Below, one piece after another: positions 33,026-43,355 of a stretch of DNA of 64,000 nucleotides. This stretch comes from a virus (taxonomy: Duplodnaviria > Caudoviricetes), in the IMG/VR virus record IMGVR_UViG_3300037400_003033, positions 747 through 64,746 of that record. One strand, written 5' to 3'. Every line of letters starts with the position of its first letter. Position 1 is the stretch's first letter. Under the pieces are notes generated by a model. The model was not told the DNA's origin. It saw nothing but the letters and a program-made list of their open reading frames with translations, and did no database searches. A program made the translations under genes and the position numbers.

Positions 33026-35488
33026 TTAACCGAAGAAGAACCCTAATGGCTCTTGTTCTTTTTTCATATTTTCCAAGGCTTCTTGACAAGCGGCTTTACC
33101 ACGCTCATACATAGAATCACCATTAAGAGTTACTGGAAGACCACCGCTTGAAAGTTGTGAACCATACTGTCCTCTTACTTCACCTTGAGCCATTCTTATT
33201 TTTCCATAAACGTATTGAATAATGTATGGGTCTCTAAGTGCTTTAATTGGGTCTATTGGAGCCTTGTAGCAAATTGTTACTGTAAGATATTTTGTTATAT
33301 TGTTTGGAAGAATAAACAATCTATTATTATAAACTCTCCAAGATGGTTGAATACCTAAAGCCATTTCCATAGAGTCTATACTCATAAGAGAAATATAATA
33401 ATCTGTTACAAATCCTCTTCCGTAGAAGTTGTTAAATCCGCCACCGCTTCCCATCATTGCATTTAAGAATGAAAGTGAAACTATATCTTCCATATCATTG
33501 TCGAAAGCACCAGTATAAAATCCAATAGGGAATAATGGCTTGAAAAGAATGTCTGTTATGTCGTGCCAATCACCTATAACCTGTGGAATTAAATAACCTT
33601 CTTCTGGGTTTCCTTCAAGCTGAACTTTATAAGTATTCTCTTCATCGTTTCTATACTTCTTATAAAGATTGATTGCTTCATCGAGATATAATCTTATCTG
33701 ACTATCTTTTATTTCTATAGGAATTAAATCATTTGAAGAATACTCTTTTACTTTTTCGATAAATTCTTCATAGTTCTGCTTAAGCGTATCTTTCTCTGGG
33801 TTTGTTCCTTGAGCAGATTTTGTCTTTCCGAATAATATATCTGCGGCATCACCTGCAACAATTACATAAGCACTGTCGCCTTTTGTTTCAGAAACCAAAA
33901 CCAATCTGCCAAGTTTGTCTTTGTAAACACTAGCAATTCCTTCTGGATATTTACTCTTTATAAAAGCAACTACTTCGTCGATAGTCATATTCTCTGGGAA
34001 TACTATATCTGTTGCTCCTTGATCAGTTGAGATTTTTAAACCTTTGCCTTCGAGTTCTATTTCCTCATCGTCTGTGAATTCTTTTTCACCAACAAGAATT
34101 GCTGCAGTTGCTTTTTCATCACCATAAATAGAACCTTCATTTACTGTGAAGTAAAGACTTTTTAACCAAGCTTCTGTATCACCGTCTGATTCAAAGTAAG
34201 CTCTGATAAACAAATCGTCTTTACCAGTAAATACGAATTCTTTTATATAATCTGCGAATGTGTATGAGTCATTTGACTTTTGAAATGTTCCGTCAGAACT
34301 TCTCCAATCGCCAGAACTATAATAGTAGAATAAACCATCATAGTTAAGAACGAGAGAGATATTATCAGAACATTCTGCTACTAAATCTGTTAAAGATTCT
34401 TTAAATATATTTTTTCCTGAATAGTGGAAATCTATATAAGGAATTGAAGTATCATATTTTGTAAGTTGTGTTGTTGCTGGAGTAAAGTTTTCCTTATGCT
34501 GCAATTTTGATTTAACTATTACTTCTTCATAACAATATTCTTTTTCATCATTTCCAAGTGTTAAAATTGTTTTTGAGGCAACTCTCTTAATTGGTGATAT
34601 AAGAACTGCTTTAAGTAATTCACCATTTAAGAAGATATACATCACGGAACTGTCAATGTCTACTTCTATATTATCTAATGAGATTGCATTATTATTCCAA
34701 GGAATAGTAGTCATTTTTTCTTCTTCACCTTCTTTATAAACAAATTTTAATTTAGAAAGTGTAATTCCATTTTCTTCTGCTTTTACATGAGATATTTTTA
34801 GACTACCAGTTTCCCAAAGCAAAGAAGATATTTCATATTCTCTTGCTGGTATTGTTCCATAAGTAACTGAAGATACTTCCAAGAAGTCCATTAAGTTGTT
34901 GCTTTCTGCTCCGTCAAATATAGTAATATTTTTTCCAGGGATTGTGCTTCTTACTGCAACTATTTCATTTGTTGTTTGATCTGGGTCTATTTCTGCTTTA
35001 TATTTAGAAGGGTCTAGTTCGAAATTTATTTTATTTTTTAATGCGCTAAAAGTTGTTTCTTTCTTTAATGTAAATACGGCAGTTCTTTGTATTTCACCAT
35101 CTACTTGTATACAGAATGAATAATCGCCAGCTGGTAAAACCTCCCAAGTTCCTTTTTTTCTTAAATAAGCTGTTGTATGAGATTCTGCTTCTGATGCTGC
35201 TAACCAGAAACTTAAATGAATGTTGTCTTGTAGAGATTCAAGATTAGCACCATCAAAACTTAATTTTTTGTTTAATTTAGCATAAGCACCAAACTTGCCA
35301 TCAGCACAAAAAGAAATACCATCAATTGTATCTGGTGATTTATTAACTAAAGCATATTCTGCTTTATCTTCCTCACCAGACCAATATAATAGTAAATCTT
35401 TTTGATATTCTCTTAATGATATTTTTTGATCTTCGTAAAAGAATTTATCTATATCTGAATCTTTTTTGTAAATGTAGTTCTCAACCAT
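33026..35488 (-). CDS. Neck / head-tail adaptor (T4 gp13-like C-terminus) with large N-terminal extension
   Basis: IEIKDSQI..YLDEAI and IRMAQGEVRGQY..LNGDSMYERGK motifs. Confidence 0.65.
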   Translation of the reverse strand: MVENYIYKKDSDIDKFFYEDQKISLREYQKDLLLYWSGEEDKAEYALVNKSPDTIDGISFCADGKFGAYAKLNKKLSFDGANLESLQDNIHLSFWLAASEAESHTTAYLRKKGTWEVLPAGDYSFCIQVDGEIQRTAVFTLKKETTFSALKNKINFELDPSKYKAEIDPDQTTNEIVAVRSTIPGKNITIFDGAESNNLMDFLEVSSVTYGTIPAREYEISSLLWETGSLKISHVKAEENGITLSKLKFVYKEGEEEKMTTIPWNNNAISLDNIEVDIDSSVMYIFLNGELLKAVLISPIKRVASKTILTLGNDEKEYCYEEVIVKSKLQHKENFTPATTQLTKYDTSIPYIDFHYSGKNIFKESLTDLVAECSDNISLVLNYDGLFYYYSSGDWRSSDGTFQKSNDSYTFADYIKEFVFTGKDDLFIRAYFESDGDTEAWLKSLYFTVNEGSIYGDEKATAAILVGEKEFTDDEEIELEGKGLKISTDQGATDIVFPENMTIDEVVAFIKSKYPEGIASVYKDKLGRLVLVSETKGDSAYVIVAGDAADILFGKTKSAQGTNPEKDTLKQNYEEFIEKVKEYSSNDLIPIEIKDSQIRLYLDEAINLYKKYRNDEENTYKVQLEGNPEEGYLIPQVIGDWHDITDILFKPLFPIGFYTGAFDNDMEDIVSLSFLNAMMGSGGGFNNFYGRGFVTDYYISLMSIDSMEMALGIQPSWRVYNNRLFILPNNITKYLTVTICYKAPIDPIKALRDPYIIQYVYGKIRMAQGEVRGQYGSQLSSGGLPVTLNGDSMYERGKAACQEALENMKKEQEPLGFFFG

Positions 35489-35492
35489 ACAT

Positions 35493-35600
35493 TTAACTTT
35501 TGTGTTTATCTTTACTCCAATACTTCTTATCTAAGATATGTAATGTGGTAATAAGACAAATACTTAAGATTGCACCTATTATAACACCAATTGGATCCAT
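35493..35600 (-). CDS. 35-aa single-TM microprotein (MDPIGVIIGAILSICLITTLHILDKKYWSKDKHKS)
   Basis: GAGAGG RBS, TAATG coupling to upstream gene; not in track. Confidence 0.6.
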   Translation of the reverse strand: MDPIGVIIGAILSICLITTLHILDKKYWSKDKHKS

Positions 35601-35923
35601 TATATTACTATCCTCTCAATTCCTTCAAAATAAGCATCATGTTTTTGGTCGTAAATCTTGCCAAAAACAATTTCTTGGGCTAAACAACCTTTCTTATAAG
35701 CGTTTGGTTCTATTTCGTCTTCTGTTTCAAAGTCTACTCCAAACCAACCTGGCACTATAGTTTCTGCGTTAGCAATCTTTCCAACTACAGAATTATACAT
35801 AGAAGAATAAACTTCTATACTTCCAAGTTCTTTTATTGACAGCTTCGCCGCTTCTGCTATTTGCTTATTCTTTTTCTTGTCTGTTAGTTCCGATGATGGA
35901 CTATTATAAATAATTTTTAACAT
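35600..35923 (-). CDS. Hypothetical protein
   Basis: GGAG RBS; 107-aa ORF. Confidence 0.7.
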   Translation of the reverse strand: MLKIIYNSPSSELTDKKKNKQIAEAAKLSIKELGSIEVYSSMYNSVVGKIANAETIVPGWFGVDFETEDEIEPNAYKKGCLAQEIVFGKIYDQKHDAYFEGIERIVI

Positions 35924-35975
35924 CCTAACTCCAATTTTTTCTCCCTTTTTGAAAAAAGGGAGTTTCTTCGATTAA

Positions 35976-36875
35976 TTATAAATTAATATCCTTTTTTGTC
36001 AAACGTAGATAGTTCATAATAGTTTCCGCTATCTCCCTGATTTCCTTTTGGGCATGTTCGTCAACTCTAAGGTGTAAGAACTTTTTCCAATCTTCTAAAG
36101 TACCAGTTACAACAATTGTAGATGCTGCACAGTTTGGCAATATCTGTCTTGCATCTTCTGGCTTTGCACCATTATCAATTGCCTTGAAATAAGCATCTTC
36201 TATTGTCTGAAGAATATCATCGTCAAAAGCCTCACACTTAATAAATCTAATGGAATGATTAAACTTATTACCGCTGTAATTACAATATCTCTGGCTTTCC
36301 TGAGAGAACGACAAAGAACGATGTCTTACAATCTGATGAGTAAAAGAACGACTTCCTACAATTTCAAAAGTATAGGCTTTATGTTTTGTTAAATCACCAC
36401 ACATTTTTTCTGCTTCTGTACCATAAAATACCACATCTGTGGGTAGACGAATTGCTTCATTTCTGCTAAAAATATAAGGATAATCTTTTGCCAAGAAAGC
36501 ACTAATTATCTCTCTATCTTCTTTAAAATCGTCTGACTCTTCTTTTGTAAGCTCATACCAAGCTCTTATGTTTCCAGAAATATAAACATATTTCCCTTCT
36601 TTGCTACTTGTAATATTAAAATATCTACTTTTATCACTGCGAGCAAAAAGATGCTGCCAAAACTTTAGCCAATATTCTTCTGTAACTGCAAACATTTTTC
36701 TTTCGTGTTCAAGTACAGAAGTATGTCCTCTATTTACAATTCCTTTAATAAATCTTTCATAAGATTCATCAGAAATCTTGTCTTGTGATTTGTAGCACAC
36801 TCTACCAGCATATTCAATCTTTCTCCCTGGCTCTGCCAAGTCAATTAATTTTACATTATTCTTTACATATTCCAT
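35976..36875 (-). CDS. thyX: FAD-dependent thymidylate synthase
   Basis: GRVCY, GHTSVLEH, RSFTHQIVRHRSLSFSQESQRY, ARQILPN, FLHLR. Confidence 0.95.
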   Translation of the reverse strand: MEYVKNNVKLIDLAEPGRKIEYAGRVCYKSQDKISDESYERFIKGIVNRGHTSVLEHERKMFAVTEEYWLKFWQHLFARSDKSRYFNITSSKEGKYVYISGNIRAWYELTKEESDDFKEDREIISAFLAKDYPYIFSRNEAIRLPTDVVFYGTEAEKMCGDLTKHKAYTFEIVGSRSFTHQIVRHRSLSFSQESQRYCNYSGNKFNHSIRFIKCEAFDDDILQTIEDAYFKAIDNGAKPEDARQILPNCAASTIVVTGTLEDWKKFLHLRVDEHAQKEIREIAETIMNYLRLTKKDINL

Positions 36876-38240
36876 TTATTTTTTCTCCGTTTTTTTGCAG
36901 AAATCAAAAAATTTAATTTCGTCTTTTTTGCATTCATTTCTTCCAATACACTCATCTCTAAGTTTTGAAACTTTTTTTGCGAAATTCTTTAAAATTGTTG
37001 CCTCTTCTCTATTTGCTTCATCAAGTACAAAACTATAAAACAAGCCACCCTGCTCAAAACAACAATTGCCGCCTTGTTTTACTAAGCTGTTTAATGTTCC
37101 AGATATTGCAAAGACAAAATCAGCAGGCACTATTAATGCATCATCATTCATTTTTTCTTTCAAGAATGTAAGAATTCTTATTGCTTCATCAAAAAAATTA
37201 TAATTTCTTGCTAAATAATATTTTGCTTCACCAGAACCGTCGTTTACTTCATATATTGTAACTCCATTACAAGGTCTTGAAAAAGTATCGTGTATTACTC
37301 CTTTATAATCTCCTATTCCAAGAGTAAAAGTTCCATAATCATCACAAACCTGAATTCCTCTACAATAAGTATCAAATAATCTTTCTGCTTCTCCGTTTCT
37401 TTCTTTAAAAAACCTGTTTATTATTGTTGGGTTTACATCTGTGCATTTTAATTTTGTTTCTTCTTCTGTACACAAAGAAGTTGTCCAATAATCATCAAAT
37501 CTAGCAGCTGATATTGCTTCTCTTATAAAAGAATCTTTTTCTACATATTCTGTTCTTTGTCTTTCTTGATATAATAACGCTATAGAAATTTCATCTGGCT
37601 TAGCTTCTCTTAAAATTTTTAAATCGTTTATTAATATTTCTTTATTCTTTTCTAAAGAAATTTCAGACCAATAAGATATTAAATCTACAGCTGTATACAT
37701 TCCTAATTCATTTGCATATTTCATTAATTCTATTGTGTTTTTTACTGGTGGTAACCTGTTTTGATTTTTTAAAATTTCTTCATCGAATGTTTGTATACAA
37801 AATGTTAATAATTTAAAATTATATTTTGCTAACATTTCTAGCCATTCTTTTGATATATATGCAGTATGTAATTCTATTTGCTTTGGGATATTTTTCCACT
37901 CTTTTGGAAGAAGTTTTAAAAATTTTTCAAATTCTTCAACACTTAAATAATTAGGAGTTCCACCCCCAAACGCTATTAATGAAAATCTTCTACCTTTTAT
38001 TACATTTTTATATTTTTCAAACTGCTTTGGTAAATAATTAAAATAATAATCATTCACTTCTTCTTTTGTTGCTTTTGTTGTTCCTCTATAAACACAAAAT
38101 TTGCAGCTCTTACCGTTTACGCCATGACAAAATGGATTATGAACATAACCCATTGTTAATGCTTTTTTTGATTTCTCCCAAAATTTTTCCACTTCCTCAA
38201 AAGGAATAAATTTTTCTGGATCGTATTTCATATAAGCCAT
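36876..38240 (-). CDS. HemN/HemW-like radical SAM protein (atypical Cx7Cx2C)
   Basis: YVHNPFCHGVNGKSCKFC, FGGGTP, IQTFD..L..QNR, AVDLI. Confidence 0.75.
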   Translation of the reverse strand: MAYMKYDPEKFIPFEEVEKFWEKSKKALTMGYVHNPFCHGVNGKSCKFCVYRGTTKATKEEVNDYYFNYLPKQFEKYKNVIKGRRFSLIAFGGGTPNYLSVEEFEKFLKLLPKEWKNIPKQIELHTAYISKEWLEMLAKYNFKLLTFCIQTFDEEILKNQNRLPPVKNTIELMKYANELGMYTAVDLISYWSEISLEKNKEILINDLKILREAKPDEISIALLYQERQRTEYVEKDSFIREAISAARFDDYWTTSLCTEEETKLKCTDVNPTIINRFFKERNGEAERLFDTYCRGIQVCDDYGTFTLGIGDYKGVIHDTFSRPCNGVTIYEVNDGSGEAKYYLARNYNFFDEAIRILTFLKEKMNDDALIVPADFVFAISGTLNSLVKQGGNCCFEQGGLFYSFVLDEANREEATILKNFAKKVSKLRDECIGRNECKKDEIKFFDFCKKTEKK

Positions 38241-38242
38241 TT

Positions 38243-38500
38243 TTATATCTCCTCAAATAAATTTTCAAATTCTTCCATTGTATAGACTTCAAACCTACCA
38301 TCTTCAAAAGCAATATAATTATTTTCTTCTATTGGCTTTGAAGAACAATTGTTTAGAATGTCTGGTTTTGGTGATTTTGTTGTACTTAAAGTCCATATGA
38401 TTTTATCAGCGCCACCGACAAAATCTTCAAGCTCTTCTTTGTTCTTTCCAGTCCAAAGAAGTGCTTCAAAAGTTTTTTTGCTTCTATAAGTTTTTATCAT
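38243..38500 (-). CDS. Small phage protein of unknown function
   Basis: Minus-strand promoter TTGACA 38535-TATAAT 38512; YRSKK..EALLWTGKN. Confidence 0.75.
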   Translation of the reverse strand: MIKTYRSKKTFEALLWTGKNKEELEDFVGGADKIIWTLSTTKSPKPDILNNCSSKPIEENNYIAFEDGRFEVYTMEEFENLFEEI

Positions 38501-38517
38501 ACTTAAATTATAATGTT

Positions 38518-39900
38518 TTACTTAATTTTTGTCAAGTCAGAGTCAAGAATTGAAATATCGTCATAACCCTCTTTCTTATACAAAGTAACTCTTTGTTTTG
38601 AGTGCTTAAATAAATATTTATTCCCAGCATCTATAAAATCATAAAAAATACCTTCTTTCTTTTCTTTTGTAATTCTCAGTACACGACCAATTTTCTGAAT
38701 AGTTTGAGTTTGTGCTTTGCCACCACTTGCCATTATGAGAACTTTCATGTTTGAAATAGAAATACCTTCATTAAGAATTGAAGAACCTATAAGAACTGGT
38801 ATTTCTCCATTATTAAATTGTTTGATTATTTCAAGTCGTTTGTTAAGAGGATCATCACCTTTGAGATATACCGCCCCAGGAATTGTTTCTTCAAGTTCTT
38901 GACCATGTTCAAGAATTCTTGTAAGGATACAAATATAACCACCTTCTCTATGCTTCTCTACAATGTTTCTAATTACATTATTTCTTGTTTTATTATGAAC
39001 AATTCCCAAATCATTTGCAGAAGGGTAATCAAAAGTTTCTGGGCAATCAACCTTTACTAAATTAATTTTTGCTTTTGCCATTACTCCGTTATCAGAAAGT
39101 TCTTTTGATTTAATTTGAATTCCAATACTTCCAAATTGCTGTCTAATTCTTGCGAAGTCTAGTAGATTACCATTTGAAGGGGAAGCAGAAAATCCATATT
39201 TTAATGGACAACCAAATGAGGCATAAAATTCCTGAAATGTTTTTGAAGAATGTTTATGAACTTCATCTGCTAATACCATTTGAAATCTTGTTAAATCTAA
39301 TTTTTTTACAGATTGAATTGTAGACACCATACAGTATCCTTGTCTTACACCATTACCAGAGCAGAAACCACAATCAATTCCTTTATCTCTAAAGTCTTGT
39401 GCAAGCTGAGCACCGAGTGTTGCTCTATCTGTTAATATTAATGTTGGAAGATTTGTAAGTTTTAGCCAAGCAGCCATAATCGAAGATTTACCAGCAGAAG
39501 TTGGAGCACATACAATCATCTTATTTGTTTTAAGTAATGCTCTCAGTGCCCTTACCTGATGTTCAACATAATCAAAGTTTGGTAAGAAAGATTTTAATTC
39601 TTCATCTGTCCACTCTTTGTCCTGAAAATCAAAATGAGTTCTTTTATCGTCGAAATGTTCTATTGTTATATTATTATTTTTACAGAAAAGGATTACTTCT
39701 TTTGCAAGTCCTGCAAAACCGACAAGTCTTCCTTTAATATTTTTCATTAAAGGAACGTGCTTAAGTTTTTTAATATCATATCCTGCTCTTGAAAAACAAG
39801 CAGAATTATCATCGTAAGTTTGAAATTTTTCTATTCTTTTTAGTTCTTTGTCATCACCACTTATCTGAATAGTGGCATCAGTTAATAAAAGCTGTATCAT
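38518..39900 (-). CDS. SF2 DNA helicase, UvsW-like
   Basis: APTSAGKS, LADEVH, GFSASP, QKIGRVLR; start moved to ATG 39900. Confidence 0.9.
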   Translation of the reverse strand: MIQLLLTDATIQISGDDKELKRIEKFQTYDDNSACFSRAGYDIKKLKHVPLMKNIKGRLVGFAGLAKEVILFCKNNNITIEHFDDKRTHFDFQDKEWTDEELKSFLPNFDYVEHQVRALRALLKTNKMIVCAPTSAGKSSIMAAWLKLTNLPTLILTDRATLGAQLAQDFRDKGIDCGFCSGNGVRQGYCMVSTIQSVKKLDLTRFQMVLADEVHKHSSKTFQEFYASFGCPLKYGFSASPSNGNLLDFARIRQQFGSIGIQIKSKELSDNGVMAKAKINLVKVDCPETFDYPSANDLGIVHNKTRNNVIRNIVEKHREGGYICILTRILEHGQELEETIPGAVYLKGDDPLNKRLEIIKQFNNGEIPVLIGSSILNEGISISNMKVLIMASGGKAQTQTIQKIGRVLRITKEKKEGIFYDFIDAGNKYLFKHSKQRVTLYKKEGYDDISILDSDLTKIK

Positions 39901-39936
39901 AACAAATATGATACAGCTTTTATTTTTATTTGTCAA
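39887..39936 (-). promoter_or_regulatory. Sigma70-type promoter with 14-bp inverted repeat covering -10 and the helicase ATG
   Basis: TTGACA 39936-39931, 17 nt, TATCAT 39913-39908; AAAAGCTGTATCAT-7-ATGATACAGCTTTT. Confidence 0.7.
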
Positions 39937-39942
39937 GAAACA

Positions 39943-42876
39943 TTATTTTACTTCTGTAACAGTTCCAGTGTTCTTGTCGAGTGTCATAGTAACATTGATT
40001 TCCTCAATTGTTCCTGTTGGAATTACTACAACGTCTACAAAAATTTGATCCTGCTGTGAAGTTTCAGTAGTGTTGTTTGTTTCATCTGCTATTACTTTGT
40101 AGTAAGAAAGTCCACCACCTGCCTTGAATGATTCAAGAATTGCAGTTACATTACCGTTAATCTTAGCAACGTAGTCGCTAGTATTTGGCATGAAGATGTA
40201 TCCCTTCAAAGCAACTTTAATCTTCTTCTTGATATCTACAATCATTCTCTGAGTGTGAATCTTTGTAAGAACTGAATTAATTCTCTGCAAAGTCTTCTCA
40301 CCGTAAGCAACGATTGAACCGTCCTTGAACTTAACAAATGGATTGATTCTGTTGTATTCAACATACAACTCATCTCTATCTGTTTCGTTTGGATACTGCT
40401 CGATATCAATAGCAGAAATCTGTCCGTTAGTTTCACCTGCTGGTGCGTACCAAGAACCTGCTGTCTTATCAACAGTTACATATTTAGCTGCCATAATTAC
40501 AGATGGCATTACCCAAATATATTTTCCTTTTGAAGAAGTTGTATCAAGAACTTTGCACCATGGCCAGTAAGTAGCAGCCATTGTTGAAGTCAAAGCAGTT
40601 GCTCTACCATAGCCTCTACCGTTGTGCCAATCAATTACAGCTTTCTTAGAAAGTCCAACTGGTGGGTCAACGATTGTTACTGCATCTCCTCTATCTTCAC
40701 AAAGATTAATCAAAGCAGTCTGAACTGTTTCTGATATATCATCTGGAGCGATGATTACATGGAAGTCATACAAATCTTTGTTAGCAAGCAATGAAACTTT
40801 TGGAGCCATTACTTCTTCGAAAAGTTCTGCACCGCCGTCAACTGGAATACCGTCTGTACCTACCATATAATCATAGTAAGCATAAGAACTTTCGTCAATA
40901 TCTGAAGATTTCTGTACGCTATCTGCATCAACTGGTGCACCAAGTGTGAATGAACCAGCTTTGAACTGAACGTTTTCATCTTCATAATCGTTTTTGATTA
41001 CTTTAACGTTTACATAAGCAGAACCACCATTTTCTGGTGCTTCATTCATAATTGTATCGAAACGATTGTCAACGTCAGCATAGTTGATAGAAACATCTTC
41101 GAATGTTTCCTTAACTGCGCCACCAACCTTTACAACGATATCTCTCTTCTTTGGATATGTTCCGTCTGGATTAGCAATTGGAGAAGTAGATTCGTACTGC
41201 TCGATTGTAATCAAACCTGCTGTTCCAGTACCACATTCTTTAGAAGTATAAATTGTCATATCTTTTGCGATTGCAGGAACTGCATCGTGTCCAACTACTG
41301 GGTCGTCAAAACCTGTAGAAGTGTAATTTGCTGCATCTTTCTGAATGTCCAAAAGATTCATATAAACTTCTGGAAGGTTTTCCATTCCGATATCTGCTGC
41401 TGTGATATTAGAAAGAACTGGAGTGTCAACACTACCAGTAGAAATAAATCTAATCTTCTTAGAATTAGTATCTCTAGTAATTTCAACATCAATATAGTTC
41501 TGTCCATCAATTGAACCAATTACTTTTGAGTTTGTTTCAAACAAGAATTTTCCAAAAGTACCTTCAGCAACTTCAATTTTAGAACCATCACCAGTTTCAT
41601 TTGTGAAGAATACGATAGAATTTGTAGACTCTTCATATTTTACATCGAAACCATCAAGTACAGAATCAGAGTTAATAATCTTTGTTGTTTCAGACTGGTT
41701 AGAATCGTCGAATACTTTAATAGAGTAATCTGCGAAGTTATTGTTTGTAACAAAGTTCTTAAGATTAGAAATAACTGCGTCTGTTTCTTCATCTACGATG
41801 TAGTTTGAAGACAAGAACAAGTTCTTGTTATTGATAACGTTATTTTCACTGTCTACGATAGACATATTTTCTGGAACTTTATATCCTTTAATTTCAATGA
41901 ATGAACCAGCAACTTTATCAAGATTTACAAATACCAATTTTGGTGCTGCGCCTTCTACTTCCTGTAAGAATACACCTACGTTGTAGTAAGAACAAACTTC
42001 ATTAAGTTTACTTGCTAAATCTTCATAAGTATTTCCTTCTGGAAGGTTAATTGTAAGTTCATATTCTGTTCCGTTCTTATTAAGAATGAACTTCTTTTCA
42101 CCTACAATGTTTGTTGGTGCTGTTGTGCTGAATGCTTCACCATCACCATTGTTAGAATTAGAAAGCTGCAAAACTGCAAGTGCATTTGTACCAGAAGCGA
42201 TTGCTTTTCTTACTGCTTCTACGAAAATTTCTTTTGTATTTGAAGTTGTAAGTTTTACAAAAACATCACCAGTCTGTTTCATTTCTCCATTCTGTTTGTA
42301 ATTAACAGCGAATGAGAAAAGACCTGCTGCAATATTTCCATTAATAAGTGCTTCCCAAGTTCCAGATGTTCCATCTTCAGAGTTCTGATTGATAATCTGT
42401 GAAAGAATAGAACTCTGTGGAAGTTTTCCACTTGCTGGAGATCTTACGAAGAATACTTTTGACTCACCGTTTGAGTTTGTGAGTTTTGTTGTGTAAATTT
42501 TTCCGTTGTAATAACCGTTTGTTCCAATAAGAACATCTGTTCCTTTTGAGAACTGAACATAACCCTTAGCTGCTTCAATAGCATTTTTAACAACTATATT
42601 CGAAGGTGTTGCTGTTGCATCTGCTACACGAGTAAAGAGAACTTTACCACCTGCAGAAAGTACATTTTTTACAGCCATACCAGAATATCTGTCGCTAAAA
42701 GGTTCACCAAAGGCAGCCTTGAATTCGTTCCAAGAAGTAATTTCTGTAGGAACGCCGATTTCACCCTTTGAAGCATAACCAACTATTGCAACTGTTGTGC
42801 CAGTTGTAGTTTTTGGGTTTTCAAACTGGGTTCTATCATTAATGTTATAATAAATACCAGGGCCTCTATTTGCCAT
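39943..42876 (-). CDS. Tail sheath protein (T4 gp18-like)
   Basis: PGIYYNIND..AIVGYASKG start; WYAPAG, INPF, YGEKTL, QRMIVDIKK in C-terminal domain. Confidence 0.95.
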   Translation of the reverse strand: MANRGPGIYYNINDRTQFENPKTTTGTTVAIVGYASKGEIGVPTEITSWNEFKAAFGEPFSDRYSGMAVKNVLSAGGKVLFTRVADATATPSNIVVKNAIEAAKGYVQFSKGTDVLIGTNGYYNGKIYTTKLTNSNGESKVFFVRSPASGKLPQSSILSQIINQNSEDGTSGTWEALINGNIAAGLFSFAVNYKQNGEMKQTGDVFVKLTTSNTKEIFVEAVRKAIASGTNALAVLQLSNSNNGDGEAFSTTAPTNIVGEKKFILNKNGTEYELTINLPEGNTYEDLASKLNEVCSYYNVGVFLQEVEGAAPKLVFVNLDKVAGSFIEIKGYKVPENMSIVDSENNVINNKNLFLSSNYIVDEETDAVISNLKNFVTNNNFADYSIKVFDDSNQSETTKIINSDSVLDGFDVKYEESTNSIVFFTNETGDGSKIEVAEGTFGKFLFETNSKVIGSIDGQNYIDVEITRDTNSKKIRFISTGSVDTPVLSNITAADIGMENLPEVYMNLLDIQKDAANYTSTGFDDPVVGHDAVPAIAKDMTIYTSKECGTGTAGLITIEQYESTSPIANPDGTYPKKRDIVVKVGGAVKETFEDVSINYADVDNRFDTIMNEAPENGGSAYVNVKVIKNDYEDENVQFKAGSFTLGAPVDADSVQKSSDIDESSYAYYDYMVGTDGIPVDGGAELFEEVMAPKVSLLANKDLYDFHVIIAPDDISETVQTALINLCEDRGDAVTIVDPPVGLSKKAVIDWHNGRGYGRATALTSTMAATYWPWCKVLDTTSSKGKYIWVMPSVIMAAKYVTVDKTAGSWYAPAGETNGQISAIDIEQYPNETDRDELYVEYNRINPFVKFKDGSIVAYGEKTLQRINSVLTKIHTQRMIVDIKKKIKVALKGYIFMPNTSDYVAKINGNVTAILESFKAGGGLSYYKVIADETNNTTETSQQDQIFVDVVVIPTGTIEEINVTMTLDKNTGTVTEVK

Positions 42877-42950
42877 ATTTTCTCCTTTTCTGACTTACTT
42901 ACTGTCATTAATATTATCTTATTGTTGTAAAGATAAAAGTAAGGTAAAAT

Positions 42951-43355
42951 ATGGAAAATAAAAAATTTATAGAAAAATTAAGCAATATTTTTATTGATGA
43001 AAATTATTCTTATACAAAGACAAATTTTATAAATCAACATTTTAATGTTATCATAACTTGTCCAGAGCACGGGGATTTTTTGGTTGAGCCAGCAAATGCT
43101 TTATACCATCATTCTGGATGTCCACTCTGTAAGAATAAAAAAATTTCTAAAAATAAAACTTCAACCACAGAGAAGTTTATAAAGAAAGCAATGAATGTTC
43201 ATGGTGATGAATATGATTATAGTTTGGTGGAGTATGTTGATAACAAGACAAAAGTAAAAATTATTTGCAAAGAGCATGGAGTTTTTGAACAAACACCAAA
43301 CAATCATTTAAGAGGTTGTGGATGCCCGACTTGCGCTTTAGAAAGAAGCTTCTAA
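42951..43355 (+). CDS. Homing-endonuclease-type zinc-ribbon repeat protein without nuclease domain
   Basis: Two repeats ITCPEHGDF..CPLC / ICKEHGVF..CPTC, YDYSLVEY. Confidence 0.7.
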   Translation: MENKKFIEKLSNIFIDENYSYTKTNFINQHFNVIITCPEHGDFLVEPANALYHHSGCPLCKNKKISKNKTSTTEKFIKKAMNVHGDEYDYSLVEYVDNKTKVKIICKEHGVFEQTPNNHLRGCGCPTCALERSF

